Program-made: the position numbers and the translations under genes
Notes under the pieces: model-generated
What the model was told of the DNA's origin: nothing
Seen by the model: the letters and a program-made list of their open reading frames with translations, nothing else
Database searches by the model: none
In this document: positions 1-11,893 of the stretch, one piece after another
Numbering within the stretch: position 1 is the first letter of the stretch
Layout: each line of letters begins with the position of its first letter
Source: Octopus bimaculoides
Lineage: Eukaryota
NCBI RefSeq assembly: GCF_001194135.2
Contig: NC_068983.1
Coordinates: forward strand, 167,747,529 to 167,811,528
DNA length: 64,000 nucleotides
Direction of reading: 5' to 3'

Positions 1-191
1 TTGTGTTCTCTTCTGTATCATGTTTGAAGACTTCAGACTTGGCTGTGAAGGGAGGTTCTGTATGATAGCCTCATCCTGCACACTTTCTAAAAAATGTATT
101 CCTAATTTTGCATTAATCATGAAGGTTTCAAACTCACTCTGTACGTTGCCAGTTTTAACATGTTTTCTTTTTTCTTTCTACATTTCTGCAG

Positions 192-311
192 GTGTTAACC
201 GAGAGGGATTTGATCGAGAGGGTTATGACTTGGCAGGATATAACAGGTATGGATTTGATCATGATGGTTATGATCGGGATGGTTTCAATGTTTCTGGCAG
301 AGATCGTGATG
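192..311 (+). CDS. Exon 1 in window: pentapeptide repeats (GVNREGFDREGYDLAGYNRYGFDHDGYDRDGFNVSGRDRDG)
   Basis: Acceptor tttctgcag|g, phase 1. Probable GC donor GATG|GCAAGT; an in-phase GT donor AAG|GTTAGT at 380 is the alternative. Confidence 0.8.
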
Positions 312-1090
312 GCAAGTTGGACGCTTCTCTTATTTTTGAGAAACAATACTTACAACATAGACATTGTTTAAACAGGAAAGGTTAGTATTGACTATATATA
401 AAAAATTATATGACAAATTTGGGTATTTGTTAGAGTTGCAATTTTAGTTTTGTAAAATTTTAATATTTCATTTACTTTCAGGATTTCTGACTTAAATTCA
501 CAATAACTTTAGTTTAAAGTAAATTTAACTCTTTAAGCATTCCGATTGCTCTGTCAAATGTAATATTTATATTGTTTTGAATGCATCCTGCCTTATCTCA
601 TAGCTTTGAGATTTCGATATGATTACAGTAACATTGGTAGGTGTGAGATGCTAGATCTAGCTGGTTTGAACATAAAACTAATAGAATATTTGAGGCCGGA
701 TATGGCTGGATTAAATGATAAAAGGTTTAACATTAGTGGTTAAGGAAATATCTAATGGATTGCATACAAGAAGAAATGGGGTTAGGAAAATATCTTATTA
801 AGTGTGGGCATGGATCTGTCCTTAAGAAGTTCTCTTTGCAGCCAGGTGGCTTCATGTCCAGTCTCACTGCATGACACCTTGATCCAGTGTCTTCTACTAT
901 GGCTTTGGACCAAACGGTACTTTGTGAGGGAATTTGGTGTATGGATTAAAACCAAGCCCATCATGTCAATCCCACTCGTTCGAATAGACTGGAGATCATT
1001 ACTTCATTTAGAAACAATGAACTGCCAAGACATGAACTGCTGAGCAAACTCATTAAGTGGGGAAATATCAATTCACTTACAAACACTCAT

Positions 1091-1999
1091 ATATCATCAT
1101 CATCATTTAACATCCGCTTTCCATGCTAGCATGGGTTGGACGGTTTGACTGAGGACTGGCGAACCAGATGGCTACACCAGGCTCCAATCTGATTTGGCAG
1201 AGTTTCTACAGCTAGATGCCCTTCCTAACGCCAACCACTCAGAGAGTGTAGTGGGTGCTTTTATGTGCCACCGGCATGAAGGCCAGTCAGGCAGTACTGG
1301 CAACAGCCACACTCAAAATGGTGTCTTTTACGTGCCACCTGCACAGGAGCCAGTCCAGCGGCACTGGCAATGATCTCATTCGAATGTCTTTTTATGTGCC
1401 ACCGGCACAAGTGCCAGGAAGGTAACGCTGGTAGCGATCACACTCAAATGATACTATTTACGTGCCACCGGTACAGAAGCCAGACAGTTGCTCTGGCAAC
1501 GATCACACTCGAATGGTGCTCTTTGCATTCCACTGGTAAAGGTGCCATCACAATTTCGCTTTCGCTTGCCCCAACAGGTCTTCGCAAGCCGAGTTTAGTG
1601 TCCAATGGAGGAGATGTTGGCATGGGTGCCAGTTGTCGAATTTGGTTCGATTTCGATTTCACTTGCCTCAACAAGTCTTCGCAAGCCAAGTTTAGTGTCC
1701 AATGAAGGAAAGGTATGCATAAGTGGGCTGGCTACACCCCTGGCAGAGGCCTCGGATTATGGTCTCACTTGGCTTGCTGGGTCTTCTCACACACAGCATA
1801 TTTCCAAAGGTCTCGGTCACAAGTCATTGCCTCGGTGAGGCCTAATGTTCGAAGGTTGTGATTCACCACCTCATCTCAGGTCTTCCTGGGTCTACCTCTT
1901 CCACATATTCCCTCAACCGCTAGGATGTGACACTTTTTCACACAGCTGTCCTCAGCCATTCTCGCCACATGACCATACCAGCACAATCGTCTCTCTTGC
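1091..1999 (-). mobile_element. RTE-clade LINE 3' fragment (ORF2 C-terminus, 3' UTR, (GAT)n tail), cut by N-gap
   Basis: Minus-strand peptide ERRLCWYGHVARM...GRGRPRKT; begins with catcatcat-ttaacatccgctttccatgctagcatggg, a tail motif repeated many times in the window. Confidence 0.8.
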
Positions 2000-2099
2000 N
2001 NNNNNNNNNNNNNNNNNNNNNNNNNNNNNNNNNNNNNNNNNNNNNNNNNNNNNNNNNNNNNNNNNNNNNNNNNNNNNNNNNNNNNNNNNNNNNNNNNNN
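2000..2099. other. Assembly gap (others at 28644-28871, 33386-33953, ~55295-55304)
   Basis: Runs of N. All are intronic, and exon phases close across them without needing a hidden exon. Confidence 0.98.
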
Positions 2100-2338
2100 T
2101 ATATATATATAATGGTAGAACACCTGTCATATCAACAGGAAATGTGGGTTTGAGTTGCACAGCCTTTGACTTTTTCTATCCAAAATGGTTTTTCAGCCCA
2201 ATATTTATTGGCTATTATTTATAGATTTATGTGCTTCAAGAGCCGCTGTTCAAAAAGAAATTATGTCATGTTCTGTCAAAAAATTTATAAATTTTTGACT
2301 TCAGTAAAAAAAGAAATGTTTTTTTTTATCCATTTCAG

Positions 2339-2581
2339 GTCTTACTAAAGATGGCTATGACCGATATGGTTTTGATATGTATGGATATGATTTAGAAAAC
2401 TGCAATTATTCCTTTAAGGGACCATTTACTACACTGTTGATGCATCGTGTTTGGGAAATTCTTCATACCCAATCGCATGAATTTCTTGTAACTCTGACTA
2501 AAACCTGTCAACCTTTGGAACAACTTCCAAATGTTTGGTATAAGCAATTTTGGATGGAACTCCCTGAAGCATTTGTGGTAG
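2339..2581 (+). CDS. Exon 2: repeats plus CNYSFKGPF module (GLTKDGYDRYGFD...KQFWMELPEAFVVG)
   Basis: Acceptor atttcag|gt, donor G|GTAAGT, phase 1-1; overlaps ORF 2377..2712. Confidence 0.88.
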
Positions 2582-4813
2582 GTAAGTATTTATTTAATGT
2601 TTTCCTTTTATTATTTAATTGTGAAGAATTACATGGAAGCACTCACACAATTATGCTGATGCTTCTAGTGGCCATGAATTGGGAACAGAAAAGGAAATAT
2701 ATCTTATTGTAGCTAAAATTCAATACTTTTGGTAACAAAGCATTGAATAAGTAAAAGAGAATTGAATTCAACAATTATCAGAAAGAAATGACCAATATTC
2801 TTAATTCTATCTCCAAAAATTGAAATGACGCTGAATAAAAATGAAAAGCATTTTTTTTCCTGAATAAGGAATTCTGAATAAGGATGTGCACGCTTTCCAA
2901 GTAAAAATAACTTCTCTGTAGAAGCTGAAAAAAATTGTGTTTTGAAGTTAGAGATGAAATGGCTAAATAGGATTTCTTTGCAGCAGATGTTTATATTAAC
3001 TTTATTGTGTTACCAGATTTGTTTTGAAATATTCTGCCTTGATTTCAATTAATTTGGAGAATAATGAAGAATTTAGTGAAATAACTTTTGTCATCATTAA
3101 GTTCAAAAGAAATGTGGTGTCAAAAAGGTTAAGAGCATCTAGCCATAGAAACTGTGTCACAACAGACAATTGGAGTTTGGACAGCTCTCCAGCCTTGCCA
3201 GCCCCTGTCAAACTGTCCAACTCATGCCAGCATGGAAAATGGACATTAAATGATGATGATGGTAATAATGACATTGTAGTTTCTTTCTTTTTTTTTAATT
3301 AATATGTATCTAAAGAGCTATAGCATATTTTTCAGAGTTTTAATAGAATTATCTGAAAAAATCTCACAACAGTTATTTCGGATGAGTAGAATTCTTTGCC
3401 TAAATCAGAAAGGAAGTTGGTTTAACCTCTTTCATACCAATCCACTTGAGGTGTTCCTTGTTCTATGATAACACAAACTTTCTGTTTTAAAGTGATCTAC
3501 ATTTAAACCTTCCATCAGAATTTCATATTAAGTTTCAATGACAAGTTTGATAATGACAAACTTATCTAACTAAATCCCTTCTTTTTTCAAAGGCAGAGTA
3601 TTTCAACAGCAATATAGTGACTAAAGGACTAAGGATTCATTTTTGCAGGACTCTAATTTCAAGATATCTGTAGCAAGAAACACACTGCAATTACCATATG
3701 TGGTTCTTCTACATTATAGAAATGAAATATAGAATACCAATATGATGCTTGCACATGTTTTATACTGATTTATAAAAGATTTTCTTCAATATTTACTTGC
3801 TAACTTTATGTTTGCCTTTCTCCTGTTGTGCTATTGACCAGCACATCTAGATCACCGATATTGCCACCCAACATCTCTTCTTGCCTTAATCTCACTATCT
3901 ACCCTTACAAGTCTAGGGTGCCCTCCAGCTTTTCTTTCTTATATTACCTTTCACCCACTGCTCCAACCTTCCCTTTTTCTCTAACTCTCCTCCCTTCATT
4001 GCCTCCTTAACTGGAATACTTTCTCTGCATCCACACTGTTCTTCCCCATCTACCTCCTTCATACCCTCCTAGTTCTATTTTCCTTGTTACTTTTCCAGCA
4101 TTCACTTTTCTTTCTCTCTGTCCTCTTCCCCATTTTCTCAGCCTCCTCATCTGGCTACCCTTGTAACACACCACATCTCTCCAGATTCTTTACTACCCTT
4201 GTTTATTTCTTCTATTTTCGTCCCCCTTTCACCATAATCTTCTTTTTCTTTCTTGCCCTTATAAAGTATTTTATTGGACACTCCCACATCACCTTGCTAA
4301 TCTATCCCTACCTTTCTCATTAAACCCTGACTATCTTTGCTTCCCTTGTTTTCTGCCATATTCCATTGTCATGCAGTGTCTGTTAATCTCTGCAGTATCA
4401 CTCTCCTCACAATTATAAATCTATTCCTCTCATCTTCATCCTTTCTCATCAGACACCAAAAAATCATCACACACTCTCCCTTCTAATCTCCTGTTTTAGG
4501 GATTATTTAGGCTCATAGTTTTCCTTGTTGCAAGATGACCTCACTGGGACTGGTACCACAGAAAAAAAGAAAAACCAGTCCACTCTGTAAAATGGTTGGT
4601 GTTAGGAAGGGCATCCAGCTATAGAAACCATACTAAAACAGACAGGGAGCATGGTGCATTTCTCCAATTTGCTGGGTCCAGTTGAACCATGCAAACTATG
4701 CCAGCAAAGAAGGTGGATGCTGATAATGAGGATGAACTTTTTGTTTTGAATAAGTAAAAAACCTTTGATTTCCTTTTAGTCATTGCTACTTTAACAAAGT
4801 TTGTTTTTGTCAG

Positions 4814-5059
4814 ATTTGATCAAGTCGGATGTCCCTCTTCAGCCAGAGAGCAACATTTTGTCTCAAAGAATTTGTTTCCCAATTGAACCATACGTGTCTC
4901 CATGTCCTTGTAATAGAGTTACGACATGTACCATCAATCTCTGTTTGGATGCTGAATGTCCAAGCTATCCCCAAGCCAATTGCTTTGTTGATGTCTGCAA
5001 CGAATGCTCCCCAGTTTGGTACTTGAAAGGAAGGACTGTTGACTGCGAAACGGTCAGAG
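4814..5059 (+). CDS. Exon 3: Cys-rich module (CTINLCLDAECPSYPQANCFVDVCNECSPVWYLKGRTVDC)
   Basis: Acceptor ttgtcag|at, donor AGAG|GTAAGT, phase 1-1. Confidence 0.9.
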
Positions 5060-6275
5060 GTAAGTAACACAAAGAAATAATACCCGGACAATCAAGTGAT
5101 ACAATTTATACCTTGCATCCTGCAGACTCTGTCACCCGAAAAACTAATTTAGGATAAAAGCTTCTTAATTTCACACCAAGATCTTTTTCTAAATTGATTT
5201 TATTATTAAAATATTTGGCACAATTCTTGAAATTTATTTAGATTATTTTGAACAACTAGGATTAATATTTTCTGAAAATGCTTTAAATCATCATTCTATC
5301 ATGAAAATGGTTGAGAAGATCCCAGCAGAAATTAAACTTAGAGCACGAAGAATTGGAAGAAATATAGCAAAGCATTTCTTCCAATGCTCTGATGATTCTG
5401 TTTGCTGACTGCCTTTAGATGACAAATTATCCTGATGTACACAATTGAAACAACGTCGAATTATTATAGCCATCTGTGTACCACATTTAATGTATATATA
5501 TATACTGTTGAAAGCATGATGCTGTAGTGAGTGAAGAGATCTTTACAGACATGTTAAAACACACAATATCTATTGCTACTAAATGGAAATTGTCTTAGCA
5601 GTGACACAGGAGAACACCAGACACATTCTAACCTTCTGAGGCCTTGTCAAGGGTGTGTTCTCGCTCCCACCATGCCTAAATAAAATTATCTCCTTCTGAC
5701 ATATAGGGAACAGGGAGTGATTTATTCATTGATATTGTAGAGAGCTTGCTGAACTGTAAATAAACTCAGTGCATGCAATTGAAACAGCAAATAATCATCT
5801 ACATACATATGTAACATATGTACGGCTATTACAGCTCAGAAAGCTTTCCACAATACCAGTGAATGTGTTATTCATTGTTTCAAAGTATGAATTTTATCTT
5901 GACAAACAGGTGCACAGTATTGACAAACTCTAAGAATTCTGAAACATGTCTGACATTCTTACATGTCACTGTTGAGATAATGTTCACATTGCTCTAACAT
6001 ATTCTGTTTTTAATAAAACTTATCTATGAAGATGTTTTCTCTCAAATAAGAACCACTGCATCATACCTTTCAGTAGTGTATATAAAGATGAACTGTGGTA
6101 CACAGATTATTATAATAATGTTTGTCTGGACTTGCAGGGGTAATAGTGTTTCTTTGAACCTGTCATAGTTATACACCCGCAGCCTCTGTTTTTGCTTCTG
6201 CTGTATCTATACTTAGCCCCAATAACAATTTCTTAGCTTGAGGTTTTTTATACTTTCCTTTCATATTCTTAACAG

Positions 6276-6434
6276 ATTATTGTCATCCAAATCCATGTCA
6301 ACATGGTGCCACATGCATCCAATCTGTGTGGCCTGCAGAACCTTGGTTAGTCTCCTGTAAATGTCCACCTGGTTATGAAGGGGATCATTGCCAGTACAAA
6401 TCAAAAGAAATTTGTTACCTTCCTTTACAGAAAG
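6276..6434 (+). CDS. Exon 4: EGF-like domain (DYCHPNPCQHGATC...CKCPPGYEGDHC) plus start of Kunitz domain (ICYLPLQKG)
   Basis: Canonical six-Cys EGF spacing; acceptor ttaacag|at, donor AAG|GTAAGT, phase 1-1. Confidence 0.93.
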
Positions 6435-6572
6435 GTAAGTCACTTTGTCATGCTCATTGTTCTATGTCATTATTACAGGGTATGACAAAGAAATCAAACC
6501 CTTCCAGATTCACTAGTCTTGATAAAAGTTACAAGATGCAAAATATGGCACCAGTCCAAACTAATAATAACT

Positions 6573-7350
6573 AAAAGCAAGAAATGGTAAAGCATTAGCT
6601 TGATGAAGGCACCATTATTATCTGTCTAACTTAATGAGTGCCATACCAATAACTGTGTAGAATATGGGTGGTTTTTCTGTTGCAGCCTGTATTTTGGATA
6701 GATTTTAAAATGTAAACACTGTCACATATTTTAATTACTTATTTACAGTTTTTTGTGTGCATTTATAGTAATGTGCTTAAAGAGTTTATTTTACAACTGA
6801 TGTGGTTAAGGTTATTTGTGAAAGTTGCAAGTCAATGAATGCAGGAAGGGGATTTCAGACTTCCACTGTTCTGGGGGAAGAAGGACTGAGCACAAAATAT
6901 GAGTGATAAGATGAGGAAAGAAGAGTGAGTTGGGTGTTTGTGAGTAGTGGTATTATGATATTAGTCAGTTCTGAAGAATAGAGACCACTGTTAAAGATAG
7001 GCAAGGTGAGAAGCAGAGGTTGCCAATACCAAATTTCATTTAGGTATGTAACTAGCAGGACACATCATTGACAAGCCTGAAGGAAGCTGAAATTCACCTG
7101 GCATTCTCATGAATCATTGATATATACCTATTGCTTTTTCTAACACAGCATATCTATGAAGAGATTTTCTCTCAGAGAAAAACCTTCACATAAAAAGCAC
7201 TGATGTTGGTGCCATGTAAAAAGCACCAAAATACAGGCTGCAACAGAAAAACCTCCCATATTTTACACAGTTATTAGTATGGCACTCGTTAAGTTAGACA
7301 GATAATAATGGTGTCTTTATCAAGCTAATGTTTTACCATTTCTTGCTTTT
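6573..7350. repeat. 125-bp inverted repeat pair in intron 4 (6573-6697 and 7226-7350)
   Basis: Manual alignment to the reverse complement: 118/125 identical, 528-bp spacer. Confidence 0.9.
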
Positions 7351-7659
7351 ACTCGTTCAACCCATGCTAGCATGGAAAACAGACGTTAAACGATGATGAT
7401 GATGGTGGTGCCATATAAAAAGCACAGGTGATAGTGTCACATAAAAAGTACCTAGTACATTCTTTTGGCGTTAGGAAGGGCTGCAGAAACTATGCCAAAT
7501 CAGATCCTGAAACCTGGTGCAGCCCCTGGCCTTGCCTGTTCCTGTCAAGCTGTCCAGCTCATGCTGGCTGGACATTATATGTTGATAATGATGATGATGA
7601 TGCCGTTCAGTGATGTATGTAAGTTAAGAATGGTACACAGTTGGCTATAATAATCATAT

Positions 7660-8270
7660 TTGTATGAGCTTTGCAGGATGTGGTGTTCTTCACTTCTGAC
7701 CGTTTCTTTGAATGCAGTTTTGTCTTTTGTCTGGCAGTAACAATGGCAGCAGCACTGGCTCAGAGTTGTCAGGAATTATTCTCCGGCTGTGAAGTGGAGA
7801 AATGCCAGTCTTTGGATGCAGCAGTTTTTGTCATGTTGAGGATATACCGTTACCAAGATGGTGAATCCAATCAGTTGTAGTGACGTCGAGGGTTCTAGCT
7901 GCATGCTGCTCATGTTTTAAGAATGGAATGGGCTGCAGTAATGTCTTCTTGATTTTAATGTTTTGATTTCATTTGTGCTTTTGAAGAAGACAAAATTGAT
8001 AAAATCTCATTGAAGAATGTTTGTGAGGTCTCTATCCATGGAATCATTAAAGGTTTGGGGTGGAGAGGGGACTAGGCTGCATGGGGATAATTTTTGGTTG
8101 TTGGGGACTTAGGGCAGAATGGAGGGTGATAAAATTTATGTATGAGTGCTTGAAGGTGACATTGAGTAGGTCTTCGATGAATAAGAGGAAGAATGTGGGG
8201 TTCAAAACTGAACCCTGGGGTACACGAGACATTATGAAATGCGAATCATAGAGAACTCCATCAATACATA
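7660..8270 (-). mobile_element. Decayed non-LTR (CR1/Jockey-like) reverse transcriptase fragment
   Basis: Minus ORF 8047..8232 contains VPQGSVLNPTFFLLFIEDLL, matching the RT motif GVPQGSVLxPxLFxxFIxD. Confidence 0.6.
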
Positions 8271-8385
8271 TTGTGATAATGATTTTAAATATTTCCTTTT
8301 GCTATCTAAAGTTTTTTTTATACAGTTATTTATCAATTTATAAAGACATAGCTGTAAAAACCCAGCATCATTCTCTCTTTTACAG

Positions 8386-8593
8386 GTTCCTGTTCAAGGA
8401 ATGTGAGTCGTTGGTACTTTGACTTCCATCAATCAAAATGTGTCCAGTTTGACTATTCTGGTTGTGGGGGCAATGCTAATCTATTTGAGACACTTACTGA
8501 TTGCCAGAAAAAATGTGTTGTTGGTGCTTGTTGCTACCGGCAGCAACTTAATCCAGGAGTTACCATTGGCTTTGGGCCTGATGGCTATGATAA
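8386..8593 (+). CDS. Exon 5: rest of Kunitz/BPTI domain (SCSRNVSRWYFD...GCGGNANLFETLTDCQKKC) plus GACC segment
   Basis: Kunitz motifs RWYF and GCGGNxNxFxTxxxC; acceptor tttacag|gt, donor AA|GTAAGA, phase 1-2. Confidence 0.93.
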
Positions 8594-9968
8594 GTAAGAT
8601 TAATTTCTCTAATTGTTTGTTGTATTATCCTTTTAAGCCTTAAGATTTATTTTTGCTCTATCACTAAGGGTTATTCAGCCACTCTTGCATTAGTGTTATG
8701 GGAAAATGCTTGCAGTACATTTTGTGAAACCATTGATGTTAGAGAGGGCATCAAGTTGTAGAAACCAAGTCAGATAACACACTTGAGCAAGCATTTAGTC
8801 TTTGGGATATCTCTCAGATTATGGCAATCCATCCAATCCATGCTAGCATGGAAAAACAAATGTCAAGTGATGTTGATGACAACAATAGTTTCATTTGTGT
8901 GAATATCAGTTAATAAGAAAACTGAAGAGCCGGTAAATTTCCCCCTACCCATGTGAAGTAAACCTGAAATTATAGATACACAAATTTAAGACTCTATAGA
9001 TGGTTGGTGCCTGAGTTTCAAGTTTATATATGGCATAAATTATTGACTTTAGGTTAAATTTTCTTCTGTCTCTGCTACAAGACACTGATGATTCTATTAT
9101 TGTGTTCTGGGTCTCTAACTCTTGCTTGAAGTACTGATGTTTCTATGGATTTTCTATTATTTATTAACTGACAATTACTTAAGCTGATTGAAATTTCAGC
9201 TGCTCATCAGAATGGATTGTTTCACTTGGTTTGAAATTTTTGACAACTTATCTAAGTCAGTCCACGAAAAAAGAATTGAACCTGTAGTCTGCACCAAACA
9301 AATAGTTGGTATGGCTTTGGGGTTAAAAAGATTGCTTCCCAGTCACATGGTTTCAAGTTCAGTCTCACTGTGCAACACCCTGGGAAAATGTCTTCTATAG
9401 TCTTTGGCTGACCAAAGCCTAGTGAGTGTATTTGGTAGATGGAAACTGACTGTTGTGTGTGTGTGTTGTATTGACATCATGCAATAGTTGTAAATAAGTG
9501 CCACTATTATATAAGCAATGTTCTTCATTATCAGTATTCCATGCCATAGAGAAATATTATCTTGCTTGCTAATAGGTGAGGGTTGGTAACAGGAAGGGCA
9601 TCCAGCTGTAGAAAATCTACCTCAATGAATTCCTTGTGACCTGGAAAAGTATATGAGAATGATTAACAGATCAGATGAGAAAGTTGAAAGAATCATACAA
9701 TCTTATTCTTGTCTATGAATCTGTAATTCTGATAATCTGTTTCCTGGTGTGGGAGAGCTGGAGGAGACCACAATAGTGGACTCTCTGGAACTTGTTGAAC
9801 ATAGATGCTCTTATCATTCACCATCCTCTGCAGGGTCAATATAATAAACACCAGTTATACAATGATCCAATTCAAATATATAAATTCCTCTCAAAATTTG
9901 AACCAAAACCCAGTCCAAAGAAATGGAAATAATTAAAATGAATAATTTTCCGAAATTTTGTCTTTCAG

Positions 9969-10078
9969 GTATGGGTTTAATGTAAAAGGTTACAACCAGT
10001 TAAGGAAAATGTTCAATGCGAAAACTGGAATGAAAATGGGAATCAACAGATTCAAGAAGAATGGCTATGATTGGCATG
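9969..10078 (+). CDS. Exon 6: pentapeptide repeats (YGFNVKGYNQ...NGYDWHG)
   Basis: Acceptor tctttcag|g, donor ATG|GTGAGG, phase 2-1, matching both neighbours. Confidence 0.82.
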
Positions 10079-10355
10079 GTGAGGCATTTTACATGTCAGT
10101 TTTAATACATGTATTGTGCATGCATGATGGTGTGTGTGTGTGTGTGTGTGTGTGTGTCTTGACATCAATAAATAGTTGTAAATGAGTATCATCATAAAAG
10201 CAGCGAATTCTATATTTGGTTGTGATTCTTTTGTAAATGAGAAGGCTTCATGTTTCATTTATCTTATTAGAATAAATGATGGTGGATAATTATATTTAAA
10301 AAAAAAAAAATTTCCTATTTCTTGCCTGTATAAAGATTTTTCAAAGTGTAAGATA

Positions 10356-10406
<51 letters not shown>
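10356..10406. repeat. (ATT)n microsatellite
   Basis: Directly visible pure tract. Confidence 0.95.
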
Positions 10407-10408
<2 letters not shown>

Positions 10409-10699
10409 CAGAGACCCTGATTATACATACTTGACGTTATGATGATGATAATCATAAAAATAATGATGAGCTTGGGCATCCAGCTGTAGAAGTTTTGCAA
10501 AAGCAGACATTGGACCTCATTGCAGTCCTCTGGCATGTCAGATTCTGCTGAACCATCCAACCCATGCCAGCCTGGAATGTGGATAGTAAATGATGATGAT
10601 ACTCAGGTGCACTAAAACTCATCAGAAAGAGGTAAAAGAGGGGACAGAAAGACAACAACAATAGCCAAAATTACATGTATAGTAGACAGAATGAAATAT

Positions 10700-11130
10700 T
10701 AAAAAGGGAACGTTAAATGAGCCCTAAAGGAGAAAGAATGTCTAGACACATCAGGAGTAATGTTGAAGAGCCTAGAATTTTTGAAGGGTGCCATGTCCTA
10801 ATGGCTAATAACAAAAGCTGGTAGTTTATTCCATGCTTTAACAATTCTGAGTATGAACAAAATCTTTCTGAAAGTTATGGGTGAGGTGTTGTTCTTCGAT
10901 TTAATGAGCATGTTCAACAGAGATAATGGATTTAAAAAGAGGACCAAAATTATTGTTGGAAAGGTAACGGATAATCTTCTTGTGGGATTCTACCAAGTCA
11001 TTTATCTATACATTGTTGAAACTTTAGTGCGTCAATGCTCAGAGAAGCAAGATATTGAAAATATGGTAAGTGACTGTTGGAGAGTTTGTCTCCAGGATGA
11101 ATATCTCTGCAAAGATTAAAAGACAATCAG
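10700..11130 (-). mobile_element. CR1/L2-like LINE ORF2 C-terminal relic
   Basis: Minus-strand translation LRIVKAWNKLPAFVI matches the RxVxxWNxLP terminal motif; interrupted by stops. Confidence 0.55.
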
Positions 11131-11412
11131 TTTAACATAGCTTCTGTCAACCCTTTTCTTATCATATTTCTGTTGAGATGCTCTATGCTTCTTTCAATTA
11201 ATTTTAAATATAACAAACAATTTAGTATAATAACTTAGTTATCATTAAGCTAGTGATAGGAACATAAATTGTGACTAAGGTTTGGTGGAAGATTTTAATT
11301 CAGAACTTTTGAAAGCAAGACATTTGTACTACAAAGCCAGAGGTGGTTTCAAGTGGGTTGGTATCAAAAGGGTTAATCCACTATAGTTTCTGTTAATCTT
11401 ATACGGTTTTGT

Positions 11413-11650
11413 GGAGGTGCATAGCCTAGTGGTTAGGGTGTTGGACTTGTGACCGTAAGATTGTGGTTTCAGTTCCTGGACTGGGTGATGCATTGTGTTC
11501 TTGAGCAAAACACTTCAGTCCACTCAGCTGGTAAAAATGCATCTCTGGATGGGATGCTGGTCCTGTGACGGACCAGCATCCCATCCAGAGAGGAATATAT
11601 CTAGATCAGAGAAACCAGGAGGCTGGTCCTTCTGTTCCCTATTGACTAAC
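11413..11650 (+). mobile_element. tRNA-headed SINE copy
   Basis: A-box-like TAGCCTAGTGG, degenerate B-box GGTTTCAGTTCC, followed by a SINE body; no complete cloverleaf. Confidence 0.6.
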
Positions 11651-11727
11651 TTTTCAGTTTTAGCTTTTATCATGAAGCAATTTTGTTTCTTTCTGATCTG
11701 TGAATACCAATGGTTTCTCTGTTGCAG

Positions 11728-11893
11728 GTTATGACAAAAATGGATTCAACTCTGTTGGTTATAATAGACTAGGCTACAATTCTGAAGGTTATGATCCATT
11801 CGGATTCAACATGACGGGATATAGCAGAGAAGGTGAGTTTGATGGCATGATCGACTATGATGATGATGGCTACGATGAAGAAGGTTATAACAG
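11728..11893 (+). CDS. Exon 7: pentapeptide repeats (GYDKNGFNSVGYNRLGYNSEGYDPFGFNMT...GYDEEGYNR)
   Basis: Acceptor gttgcag|gt, donor CAG|GTGAGA, phase 1-2. Confidence 0.88.

Noticed and set aside
3828-4500. Leu/Phe/Ser-rich ORFs resembling membrane proteins
   Set aside because: Pyrimidine-rich low-complexity intron sequence, probably a decayed retroelement UTR; no splice or domain support.
11413-11490. tRNA-like sequences (also 27203-27262 minus, ~33996-34020)
   Set aside because: They have A/B-box remnants but no complete acceptor or anticodon stems, and run into SINE bodies; they are SINE heads.
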